IMG/VR virus record: IMGVR_UViG_3300035696_000017 | Location: 50,054 to 114,053 of that record | From: a virus | Strand: one strand, 5' to 3' | DNA: 64,000 nucleotides | Shown here: positions 55,594 through 63,449 of the stretch, piece by piece | Numbering within the stretch: position 1 is the first letter of the stretch | Layout: each line of letters opens with the position of its first letter | Program-made: the position numbers and the translations under genes | Notes under the pieces: model-generated | Seen by the model: only the letters and a program-made list of their open reading frames with translations | What the model was told of the DNA's origin: nothing | Database searches by the model: none

Positions 55594-55959
55594 TCACCGC
55601 CGGCAGAAGCGCTCGGCAGCTTTGGCACACGCCTCGTAGCGCATGATCATCACCCGGTTGTTCCCATCGCCGACGCCCCAGCTCATGGCAGCGACGATCT
55701 CGCGGCCGAGGCGGGACGGGTAGGGCTGACCCGCACGGTGGCATCCCTCTCTCCGCACGAGCATCGCGCGCTCGCGCATGCGCTTGGCGAAAGCCAGGGC
55801 CTTGGTGTACCTCTCATACCGGGAGTAGATGCCCTTGAGGGCGTTGGACACCATCGTCTCGTACCGCTTGGTGTCGAGGGAGCGGACGCCCTTGCCGAAC
55901 GTCCACTCCGCGTAACCCTTGTCGCTCTGAACCGCTTGCTTCCAGGTCTTCCTTGCCAT
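55594..55959 (-). CDS. hypothetical protein
   Basis: Bounded by linkers. Confidence 0.7.
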   Translation of the reverse strand: MARKTWKQAVQSDKGYAEWTFGKGVRSLDTKRYETMVSNALKGIYSRYERYTKALAFAKRMRERAMLVRREGCHRAGQPYPSRLGREIVAAMSWGVGDGNNRVMIMRYEACAKAAERFCRR

Positions 55960-56004
55960 GAGTCAGTTGTACCAGGATCTGCGTTGATCTTTCACTGCAC
56001 CGGT

Positions 56005-56517
56005 TCAGAACTTGCTGCGAGGCAACGTGATGGGACGCTTGATGGATGAAGCCGGGACGGGACCAGCACCCGTGATGGGCCCCCAGAAGGCACGGTCGTT
56101 GAGCCATTTGTCGAACTCGAAGTTGTGCCCGCGCTGGCAGCGCCGGGTCTGGAGGCCGCCCATCTCGCTGTAGAGCTTCTTGCTCTTTGCACCGCAGGTT
56201 GGGCAGCAGATGAACTGCGGCTTAGCGCCACGCTCGATGTTCTTGGCCCGGGTCTTGGCTGCCTTCTCGGCACCCTTGGCACGGCGAGAAGCGACGTTGG
56301 CCTTGACCGTAGCCAACAGCTTCTTGTACTGGATGGGCCCACAGATGCGATACTCGGGGGAGTGGCCGCACTTCTCGGCGTGCTTGAGCATCCGGGCCTT
56401 CTCCTCCTTGAGGAAGACCTCGTTGTCGGACTCGACCTTGACGGTGACCTTCATCTTGCCGTTCCAGGAACGGGTGACGAGGACCAACTTGAACTTCGGA
56501 GCAGGGGTGGTTTCCAT
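56005..56517 (-). CDS. zinc-ribbon-containing basic protein
   Basis: Linker upstream; CPTCG...C..GH. Confidence 0.7.
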   Translation of the reverse strand: METTPAPKFKLVLVTRSWNGKMKVTVKVESDNEVFLKEEKARMLKHAEKCGHSPEYRICGPIQYKKLLATVKANVASRRAKGAEKAAKTRAKNIERGAKPQFICCPTCGAKSKKLYSEMGGLQTRRCQRGHNFEFDKWLNDRAFWGPITGAGPVPASSIKRPITLPRSKF

Positions 56518-56556
56518 GGTTCTAGTCTACCTCAGATCAGGTTGGGGTTGCACAGA

Positions 56557-56754
56557 TCACGAAAACGAGGGGAAGCCGTCCTCGACCCACTGGGAGACGT
56601 TGTAGTCGGGGTCCCTGGGCAGGATGCCGTCCCAGTATGCCTCACGGAGGAAGTCGCGCTCCTCCTGGTCGGGTCGCCCGCCGCCGTTGCGGTACTTCTG
56701 CCACAGGCGTCGGGCCTCGAGCGCTCTCGCTTGCTTGGGTGCGTAGTTTGCCAT
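56557..56754 (-). CDS. hypothetical protein
   Basis: Linker upstream. Confidence 0.65.
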   Translation of the reverse strand: MANYAPKQARALEARRLWQKYRNGGGRPDQEERDFLREAYWDGILPRDPDYNVSQWVEDGFPSFS

Positions 56755-56786
56755 GATAGCAGTGTACCATGATCAGCACAGATCTT

Positions 56787-57065
56787 TCACCACTGCACGC
56801 CGTTCGTCTTGAGGACGGTGAAGAAGGTGTCGGGCAGCTCGTCACGGACGATGGTGTCGAGCTCAGCCGCCGCGTCTCGAGCCTCCCGCAGCTTGCCCCG
56901 AGCGACGAGGCGAGCGACCGCCTTCAGGTCCTTGCGGTCGTTGCGGTAACACTCGAGCATCTTCTTGTCACCCTTGGAGCTCTTCTTGCCTCCCTCGTTC
57001 CAGCGCTCAGCGCGAGCCACGATGTCACCTGCCACCATCTCGAACACGGCGTTCTTGGTCTTCAT
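56787..57065 (-). CDS. hypothetical protein (LDT.VR motif)
   Basis: GAGGAG SD; stop in linker. Confidence 0.65.
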   Translation of the reverse strand: MKTKNAVFEMVAGDIVARAERWNEGGKKSSKGDKKMLECYRNDRKDLKAVARLVARGKLREARDAAAELDTIVRDELPDTFFTVLKTNGVQW

Positions 57066-57066
57066 C

Positions 57067-57198
57067 TCAGTACTCCTCTCGTTTCCAGCTCTTCCGAGCG
57101 TCCTTGGCTCGCCGGTTGCGGCGGTCCCGGTGGGTGGTCTGGGTCTGGCCGTAGCGCTTCATCATCGCCACGGCGACGGGGTTCCTGGGCTTGGCCAT
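57067..57198 (-). CDS. small basic protein (RNPVA motif)
   Basis: Linker upstream; MAKPRNPVAVAMMKR...H.DRR. Confidence 0.6.
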   Translation of the reverse strand: MAKPRNPVAVAMMKRYGQTQTTHRDRRNRRAKDARKSWKREEY

Positions 57199-57236
57199 GA
57201 GACCAATCTACCAGGAACCCCGCAGATCTTTCACCC

Positions 57237-58004
57237 TCAGTCGTGGTCGAAGGTGTCGTCGTAGAGGGCGTCCACACCGAAGAACGCCGCGGTCTCTGCG
57301 GGCATCTGCTTGCTGTACCGCGAGCGTCGGGTGCTCAGGCGGTGACCGGTGCCGAAGCCGGAGGGGGTGAAGGTCTGGCTTGCACCGCTCTGGATCCTCT
57401 TCTTCATCGCCTCGAGGTTGTCCTGGTGCACCCGGTAGCTGAAGCCTGGTATGCTCACCATGTGCTTGGACGCCTCACGGGACCTGCCAACCAGGGCGAT
57501 CTGCTCCTGGATGACCCTCTCGATGTCCCCGGCGGTGTCGCCGTAGGCACCAAGGTAGAAGCTGTCCGAGACACCCCTGCGGTCGAAGGAGGCCCAGAAA
57601 CCGCTCTCTGCCTTGAAGCAGGTGTGGCCCGACGCCGAGAGGACGGGCTTGGCGGGCAGCTTCTTGGGCTTCTTGCCCTTGGTCCACTCACGGTGCATCT
57701 CCGGCGCACGGGAGACGCAGCAGGAGATGGCGATGCCCGCCGCCTCGTTGCGGATGAGGACGTAGTCGGAGCCGCGCCACCAGGGCTGGCCGATGCCCCA
57801 GCCGCCGTTCTTCTCGTGGGTGGTCCCGTTGTGCCAGCCCTCGCCCGTCTCCTTGACGAAGCCCTCGGGCACCGGGAAGCTGTCGATGAACGCCCTGATG
57901 ACGGGCTTGAACTTCGTGGCCTGCTGCTCGCTGCGCCGGCAGTCGACGCAGACCTTGTTGGTGGAGACGCGGTTGCTGCAATGGAGGCACTTGGTGTTTG
58001 GCAT
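57237..58004 (-). CDS. hypothetical protein with N-terminal zinc finger
   Basis: Linker upstream; CLHC..CVDC; FTPSGFGTG. Confidence 0.7.
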   Translation of the reverse strand: MPNTKCLHCSNRVSTNKVCVDCRRSEQQATKFKPVIRAFIDSFPVPEGFVKETGEGWHNGTTHEKNGGWGIGQPWWRGSDYVLIRNEAAGIAISCCVSRAPEMHREWTKGKKPKKLPAKPVLSASGHTCFKAESGFWASFDRRGVSDSFYLGAYGDTAGDIERVIQEQIALVGRSREASKHMVSIPGFSYRVHQDNLEAMKKRIQSGASQTFTPSGFGTGHRLSTRRSRYSKQMPAETAAFFGVDALYDDTFDHD

Positions 58005-58034
58005 GATCGAATCCTACCAGGATCTGCGCCGATC

Positions 58035-58112
58035 TTACACAGACACCGGGCGCTTGATGGCCGACTCCGGGACGACCTTGCCCGTCAGGACCGGCGCCCA
58101 GAAGGCACGGTC
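58035..58112 (-). pseudogene. C-terminal remnant of a paralog of 56005..56517
   Basis: DRAFWAPVLTGKVVPESAIKRPVSV* versus DRAFWGPITGAGPVPASSIKRPITL; no ATG at the usual position. Confidence 0.7.
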
Positions 58113-58184
58113 CGATAGTAACACGGTCACCCCAGACCTTGCACAGATCCAGGGTGTCCGGTGGAGATCATGTGTGGTAGAGTT

Positions 58185-58868
58185 TCAGTCGACCTTGACG
58201 AACCCCCGTTCGATGAGGGCGTTCCGTGCGTCCTTCTGGACGTTGGAGTTCTTCCCCTCCTTCGACAACCACACCAGTGTCTCTCGGGTCACGTTGGGGT
58301 GAGCGACACAGTCCCGTTGGATGGTGACCTTCTTGGTCTTCCGGGCGACGAGGTCGACGACCTTCCCGGACACGTGTTTGTTGTGGAGGATGAAACACCC
58401 GATCTCTCCACCCTTCGTCCCCTTCGTCGGGTCCTTCTTCGGGTCCCGGTTCAGGATCTCGAGGAGGAGGGACTCGGAGACTTTCGGGTTGTAGATGACC
58501 GAGATGAGGCACTTGGGACAGTTCCGGGCGACGAACTCGAGGATCCTGTCACGGTCGGTGAGGGTCGGGTCCTGGAGGATGCGCCCGTCGATCCAGTGCC
58601 AGGCGACGAGGTGCGAACCCGCCTTCTTCGCTTTCTCGAACTCGTTCCAGTCCTTGTCGACCTTGTAGTACCACTCCTGGTACTCGAGGGCACGGGGCGT
58701 GAAGTTGTCGAAGTTGGGGACCTCGTCGAGTATGTCCCCGAGCGCCTTCTGAAGGTTCCCACTGTGGGTCTCCGAGAAGATGCCCCTGTCGTCCGTCTCG
58801 TAGTACTCGTCTCGTCCGACGTAGGTGTCGTGGGTGGTGTACCAGCGATACGTGCGTTTCTCCGTCAT
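58185..58868 (-). CDS. hypothetical protein with helical (LRV/HEAT-like) repeats
   Basis: GGAGG SD; NPKVS..LL, HPNVT.ETL..L repeats. Confidence 0.6.
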   Translation of the reverse strand: MTEKRTYRWYTTHDTYVGRDEYYETDDRGIFSETHSGNLQKALGDILDEVPNFDNFTPRALEYQEWYYKVDKDWNEFEKAKKAGSHLVAWHWIDGRILQDPTLTDRDRILEFVARNCPKCLISVIYNPKVSESLLLEILNRDPKKDPTKGTKGGEIGCFILHNKHVSGKVVDLVARKTKKVTIQRDCVAHPNVTRETLVWLSKEGKNSNVQKDARNALIERGFVKVD

Positions 58869-58947
58869 GTGACCTCCAGGAGTCCAGTCTACCACGAATC
58901 GTTGTCGAGGTTCACCCTCGCGGGCCCGCGCCCGCGCGTGCGCTTCT

Positions 58948-59445
58948 TCAGCAGGAGAACATCAGGGCATGGGCGCCGCACAGGCCGGGATCGACCTTCA
59001 GCAGCTTCTTGCACGCCTTCCCGATCCGTTCGAGGTCTTCCTGGTGCTTCACCAGCTCCTTGATGCTCGCGCTGCCGTCCTCGTACTTCATCTTGGCGCA
59101 GGTCAGGCAGACGAAGATGTTGCAGCCGTTGTAGAAGTCTCCCGTCACCCGGACATCGCAGTCCAGGAGCTCACCGATCGCTTCGGTGATGTCGTCCTCG
59201 GGGTTGAAGTTCTCGAGGTCGGTGTCGTCCTCGGGTCCCTCGAAGACCCGCTTGCCGACGGCGACGTCGAAGCCCGCTACGCGGTCGACGACCTTCTCCT
59301 GCTTGTCGAGCTTCTTGCCGGTCTTGGGGTCGAAGCGGTCCTCCATGTGGAAGACCTCCTTGCTCTCGACGAGCAGGGGCTTGAAGAAGTCCTCGACGGG
59401 GATGACGTAGCCAACGATGAGTTCTGCGCTTCGGTCGACGCTCAT
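58948..59445 (-). CDS. hypothetical protein (RFDPKTGKK motif)
   Basis: Linker upstream. Confidence 0.7.
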   Translation of the reverse strand: MSVDRSAELIVGYVIPVEDFFKPLLVESKEVFHMEDRFDPKTGKKLDKQEKVVDRVAGFDVAVGKRVFEGPEDDTDLENFNPEDDITEAIGELLDCDVRVTGDFYNGCNIFVCLTCAKMKYEDGSASIKELVKHQEDLERIGKACKKLLKVDPGLCGAHALMFSC

Positions 59446-59454
59446 GGCTCTAGT

Positions 59455-59682
59455 CTACCCCACTTCCTTGTCGAGGTTCACCGCGATGTGATGGAGCTCC
59501 GCCTGCAGCGTGCTCGTGAGCTTCGCCCAGTCTGCTTGGGCGATGACGTTGAGGATGCGTGCTTTGCAGGCGCCGCAGGTGACGAGCTTCACGTTGTCGG
59601 TGATGGAGCCCTCGCTGCGGTCGCCCGCTCCCATGTTGCTCCCGCAGTCCGCGAAGCGGTGGAGCTTCTTGGTGTAGGCCAC
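59455..59682 (-). CDS. small zinc-finger protein
   Basis: GGAG SD; H..CG...VTCGAC. Confidence 0.6.
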   Translation of the reverse strand: MAYTKKLHRFADCGSNMGAGDRSEGSITDNVKLVTCGACKARILNVIAQADWAKLTSTLQAELHHIAVNLDKEVG

Positions 59683-59683
59683 G

Positions 59684-60052
59684 TTACTCTCCAGTCCTCC
59701 ACCCGTAGGGCTTCTTCGAACGACCCTCCCGCGTCACGGTGAAGCGACGTGCCAGGAAGCTGTCGAGGTTCACGTAGGCGTCGTTGAGGCACTCGACGTC
59801 GCTGCGGCTGATGCCACAGTTGTGGAGCATGCCCTCCGTTTGGTCGTTGATGTCCTCGACCCGGGCAACGATGCCCACGATGACGTCGTTGGGCAGCTTG
59901 GCGCCGTGGACCACGAAGTCCGTCGGGTTGAAGTGTCGCAGCTCTCGACGGAGCCACGTGATGGAGGTGCCGCCGATGCCGTCCTCGATGAGGGACTGGA
60001 GCGAGTCGGCGACCTTCTCGGTGATGGTGATTCGCTTGGGGGTGGTTGTCAT
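59684..60052 (-). CDS. hypothetical protein
   Basis: Linker upstream. Confidence 0.65.
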   Translation of the reverse strand: MTTTPKRITITEKVADSLQSLIEDGIGGTSITWLRRELRHFNPTDFVVHGAKLPNDVIVGIVARVEDINDQTEGMLHNCGISRSDVECLNDAYVNLDSFLARRFTVTREGRSKKPYGWRTGE

Positions 60053-60091
60053 GTAGCTAGTGTACCTCAGATCACGCCGGGGTTACACTGG

Positions 60092-60313
60092 TCAGGCGTG
60101 CATCGGCACCGAGGCCGGGATGACCATCCAGCGGTCGCCCTCGCCCCAGTTGACGTTGACGGTGGTGCCGTCTCCCTCGAGGGTCACTGCAACGTTGCCC
60201 GTCTGCTCGTTGACGGTTGCTACCTCCCCCGTCACGCCGTCCTTCGTGGAGGCGCTGTGGAGGATGCGGATGCGGCGGCCTTCGAGAGTCTTGCTGGGGA
60301 GGCGGTTGGTCAT
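60092..60313 (-). CDS. small SH3-like protein (DUF4314-like)
   Basis: Linker upstream; GRRIRI...GVTGEV..V. Confidence 0.6.
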   Translation of the reverse strand: MTNRLPSKTLEGRRIRILHSASTKDGVTGEVATVNEQTGNVAVTLEGDGTTVNVNWGEGDRWMVIPASVPMHA

Positions 60314-60380
60314 GAGCCAAATGTACCACCGGGGACCCGGCGTTTGCACAGGTCCCCGGCGATGGGAGGGAGTTGGTGTG

Positions 60381-60773
60381 TTACCGGCGGACGCCCGGGA
60401 TGCCGGTGATGAAGCCGATGTTCTTGATGCTCTCCAGGTCCTTGACCAGGAGGGCGTCGACCTGCGCACGGGAGAGGCCGAGGTCCAGGCCGTGACGGGC
60501 GCACAGGGACTCGAAGAGGCCACCGAGCTCGTGGGCAGCGTCCTCGATGGGCGTGGTCCGACGGTAGACGGGTTCGATGGAAAACTCGTCGGCGTCGACC
60601 TCGGGATGGACGTCGAGGTACGCAGCGAGGCGCCGGAACGCGTCACCACGCGGGATGGGGTCCGTCTCGTCGCAGGTCATGAAGGGGCGACAGGTCGTCG
60701 GGTCGGCACCGATGAACTCTTCGGTGTCGGGGTGGAGGACGCGGTATCCGATGATTTCGTTGGTTTGGGCCAT
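60381..60773 (-). CDS. hypothetical protein
   Basis: Linker upstream. Confidence 0.65.
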   Translation of the reverse strand: MAQTNEIIGYRVLHPDTEEFIGADPTTCRPFMTCDETDPIPRGDAFRRLAAYLDVHPEVDADEFSIEPVYRRTTPIEDAAHELGGLFESLCARHGLDLGLSRAQVDALLVKDLESIKNIGFITGIPGVRR

Positions 60774-60930
60774 GAGTAGACTCTACCACGAGTGGCGGTT
60801 GGCTTTCACAGTGTTGGGGAGAGATTGTGCCTGGTACGATGGTCTCCCGTGGACGGACACGCGCCCGCGCGTGCGCTTCTATTAAACGAGCCCAGGGGCC
60901 GCAGCCCCTGGACCGACCCTTGGTGATGCT

Positions 60931-61521
60931 TCAGGCGAAGAGGGCTGAGAGCTCCACCATCCGCTTGGCGCACTCCACGGTGGGGGCGTAGATGCCCTTG
61001 GCCGCACGGTACCAGTAGGTGCGCCGGAAGAAGTAGCCTCCCCGGGCGAAGCCCCACGGGTGGTTGGTGTCATCCTTGGCGGCTTCCTTCTCCCGCCTGA
61101 TCTCTGCCTTGGTGGGCGCCTTGTGGCAGGTGGAGACGCTGTAGCCCATGTGCATCCAGTTGCCCGGGCTCATGGCGTTGGCGCCGACGAAGCCGTAGCC
61201 TCCCGAGGCGCAGGTGTTGAAGAGGTACGTGAAGTACATCTTGGGCTTGGTGATGACGCAGGGCACAGTGCGAGACTGGCCGTTGGCGTTGTAGACGTAG
61301 CGGTGGCCCTTCTCCTCCCGCCACTCGGCCTTGCCGAAGCGCCACTCCATCATGGCGTCCTGGATGTCCTGGAGCTGCATGGGTCCCAGCCTCCAGAGCA
61401 GGAACGCCACGGCGTCGTGGTTGTTGATGGTCCTCTTGGTCGGGTTGGTCCGGTGCGAGAACTTGAGGGTCTTGAGCTTGTCGATGGCTTGCTGGCGGTC
61501 TTCTTCGGGGGTGGTCAGCAT
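60931..61521 (-). CDS. hypothetical protein
   Basis: Linker upstream; first gene of the leftward block. Confidence 0.7.
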   Translation of the reverse strand: MLTTPEEDRQQAIDKLKTLKFSHRTNPTKRTINNHDAVAFLLWRLGPMQLQDIQDAMMEWRFGKAEWREEKGHRYVYNANGQSRTVPCVITKPKMYFTYLFNTCASGGYGFVGANAMSPGNWMHMGYSVSTCHKAPTKAEIRREKEAAKDDTNHPWGFARGGYFFRRTYWYRAAKGIYAPTVECAKRMVELSALFA

Positions 61522-61608
61522 GGATACATCCTACCACCAGTCACCCGTCGCTTGCACCGTCTCGTACTCGATCGCGCGCCCGCGCGGACGCATTGGCCGG
61601 CGGGGCCT

Positions 61609-61638
61609 GTGCAACCCGCTGACGCACCGTGGTACACT
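61609..61638 (+). promoter_or_regulatory. class I promoter with no downstream ATG
   Basis: GTGCAA-N18-TACACT-GGGCTC-AATC. Confidence 0.65.
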
Positions 61639-61756
61639 GGGCTCAATCGGCCAGTACCGTCTGGCGGGCCCTGGGTTGCTTGCTCAGCCAAGCGGGGAGC
61701 CACGCAGCCTGCCCTCGTTTCGGGCCAGTGGGAAAGTGCTGGTGGTCTGCTGGACT

Positions 61757-61786
61757 GTGCAAGCTGGTGGGGGTTCGTGGTAGACT
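61757..61786 (+). promoter_or_regulatory. class I promoter (leaderless)
   Basis: GTGCAA-N18-TAGACT-AGGACC-ATG. Confidence 0.75.
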
Positions 61787-61792
61787 AGGACC

Positions 61793-61999
61793 ATGCCCAA
61801 TCGACACGCCACCAGCCACCAGGAACGAGCCGACCGCTGCGAGGACGCCCTCCGCCAGCTCGACGACGCCATCTGCAACGTCAGCCTCATCGTCCAGAGC
61901 CTCAGCGAGACCGGCAACCAGATGGTGGCCGACGAGTGGCAGAAGGTCCAGGAGCAGCTCCACGACTGCCGCATCAAGGCGACCAACCTGGCTCGCTGA
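61793..61999 (+). CDS. hypothetical helical protein
   Basis: Linker upstream. Confidence 0.65.
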   Translation: MPNRHATSHQERADRCEDALRQLDDAICNVSLIVQSLSETGNQMVADEWQKVQEQLHDCRIKATNLAR

Positions 62000-62070
62000 G
62001 GACAGTGTAAACTCCCGACCCACCAGGGTACTATCTACCTCTCTCCACCACCCCAAAGGAGACAACATCC

Positions 62071-62892
62071 ATGGCCGAGATGAACCTCAACGTCAAGCGT
62101 GGCTTCAAGATGGGAACGATGGTGCAGTCCATCAAGGTTCCCCCGGAGCTCAGGGTCAAGCACTCCGTCGGCATCGACTGGGTCAACGACGTCCTGGGCG
62201 GCGAGGGAGGCGTCACCGCCTCCAGCGTGGTGATGCTGACCGGTGGCCCGGGCTGCGGCAAGAGCACCCTGATCCGCCAGCTCGCCAACGCCATGTCCCA
62301 GACCGACTCCACCCTGCTCCCGTTCTACAACTGCGGCGAGGAGTCGCTGTTCCAGGCACGCCTGGCGATGGAGCGGCTGAACTGCGCCAACGACTTCATG
62401 GTGGGTGAGGAGACCGACCTCCCCAAGCTGCTGACCTACCTCGACAACGTGCGGAAGGCCAACCCCAAGAAGGTGGTGACCCTGCTGCAGGACTCGCTGC
62501 AGACCCTCAACGACATGAAGTACAAGGACGGCGGCACCACGGGCAACACCCCGGTCCGCTGCACTGAGCTGCTGGTCGACTGGGCGCAGCGGCGGGAGGG
62601 CAACAGCAACTTCGGCCACATCTGGTTCGTGGGCCAGGTGACGAAGGGCGGGGACTTCGCCGGCAAGAACACCATCAAGCACGCCATCGACGTCCACATG
62701 CACCTGTTCTACGACGAGGACAAGAAGTCGGACACCTACGGCTGCCTCCTCGGCGAGGTGCAGAAGAACCGCTGGGGCTGCAACGGCAAGACCTACATCC
62801 TCGGCATGACCAAGACGGGCATCGAGGAGCGCGGCTCCTTCACCAAGGGCAAGGACTTCAAGGTCGGCGAGGACGCCGAGGAGGACGAGTGA
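62071..62892 (+). CDS. RadA/Sms-like RecA-fold ATPase (core only)
   Basis: GGPGCGKSTL, YNCGEES, DSLQT, GQVTKGGDFAG..IKHAIDV, KNRWG; AAAGGAG SD. Confidence 0.85.
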   Translation: MAEMNLNVKRGFKMGTMVQSIKVPPELRVKHSVGIDWVNDVLGGEGGVTASSVVMLTGGPGCGKSTLIRQLANAMSQTDSTLLPFYNCGEESLFQARLAMERLNCANDFMVGEETDLPKLLTYLDNVRKANPKKVVTLLQDSLQTLNDMKYKDGGTTGNTPVRCTELLVDWAQRREGNSNFGHIWFVGQVTKGGDFAGKNTIKHAIDVHMHLFYDEDKKSDTYGCLLGEVQKNRWGCNGKTYILGMTKTGIEERGSFTKGKDFKVGEDAEEDE

Positions 62893-63155
62893 TGCACTTC
62901 AAGACAACCCGGAGCGTCGTAGACGCCCAGGGCAACCCCTGCGTCCGCGCATACATGACCACCGACGAGGCGACCCAGCTGTTCCACGCCGCCAACCGGA
63001 TCATGGCCCTGGTCGACGAGGTGGCGGAAACCCGCTCCGACGGCAACGGGGGCTGGCAGCTGCTGGACTCGGGCGACCAGGCAGCCTACGACCAGCTCAA
63101 CGGGTTCCTCGCGCAGCTCCAGAGGGACCTGAAGATCGAGCCCGAGGTCACATGA
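62889..63155 (+). CDS. hypothetical protein
   Basis: Overlap coupling with the RadA-like gene. Confidence 0.6.
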   Translation: MMHFKTTRSVVDAQGNPCVRAYMTTDEATQLFHAANRIMALVDEVAETRSDGNGGWQLLDSGDQAAYDQLNGFLAQLQRDLKIEPEVT

Positions 63156-63370
63156 AAGCCCACAGCGGTAACGTCCTGATCGCCCTTGACCAAGACGAAC
63201 GGGTCGCCGTGGTCATGTCCCCCGCCGAGGCCTTCCTGCTGCGGCTGGAGCTGATGGGGGCGATCTCCTACCTCGAGAGCCTGGGTGTCCTCGGGCGTGA
63301 CGAGGGAGGGCCAACAGTGAGGGCCCTCGAGGCAGCCCTGGCGACGCTGCCCCTGCACAGCATGCCGTAA
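63152..63370 (+). CDS. hypothetical protein
   Basis: GAGGT SD, ATGA overlap. Confidence 0.55.
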   Translation: MKAHSGNVLIALDQDERVAVVMSPAEAFLLRLELMGAISYLESLGVLGRDEGGPTVRALEAALATLPLHSMP

Positions 63371-63379
63371 GACTCCTTC

Positions 63380-63449
63380 GCGTCTACGCGGGTGGCCGAG
63401 AGGCCAGGGGTGGTGTCAAGGCCCCCGCGTAGACGCCCTTTCTTTTCTT
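63380..63449 (+). terminator. long inverted repeat followed by a T-rich run
   Basis: GCGTCTACGCGGG (63380-92) / CCCGCGTAGACGC (63424-36) then CCTTTCTTTTCTT. Confidence 0.6.

Larger units (their letters stand above)
46761..62040. promoter_or_regulatory. array of about 30 class I promoter linkers, roughly one per gene
   Basis: GTG(C/A/T)AA-N17/18-TAnnnT-N6/7-ATG upstream of ATGs at e.g. 47938, 48284, 48517, 49410, 50896, 51762, 51995, 53080, 53622, 54603, 54902, 55561, 55959, 56517, 56754, 57198, 58004, 59445, 60052, 60313, 60773, 61521, 61793. Confidence 0.85.

Noticed and set aside
60811-60860. Plus-strand class I promoter driving a short ORF
   Set aside because: The -10 (TACGAT) is good, but the -35 is GTGTTG and the ORF is short and unconvincing
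46761-62040. CRISPR array or integron attC cassette array
   Set aside because: Repeats are degenerate, promoter-shaped and separated by whole genes; there are no RYYYAAC/GTTRRRY inverted cores, and no cas or integrase gene in the window
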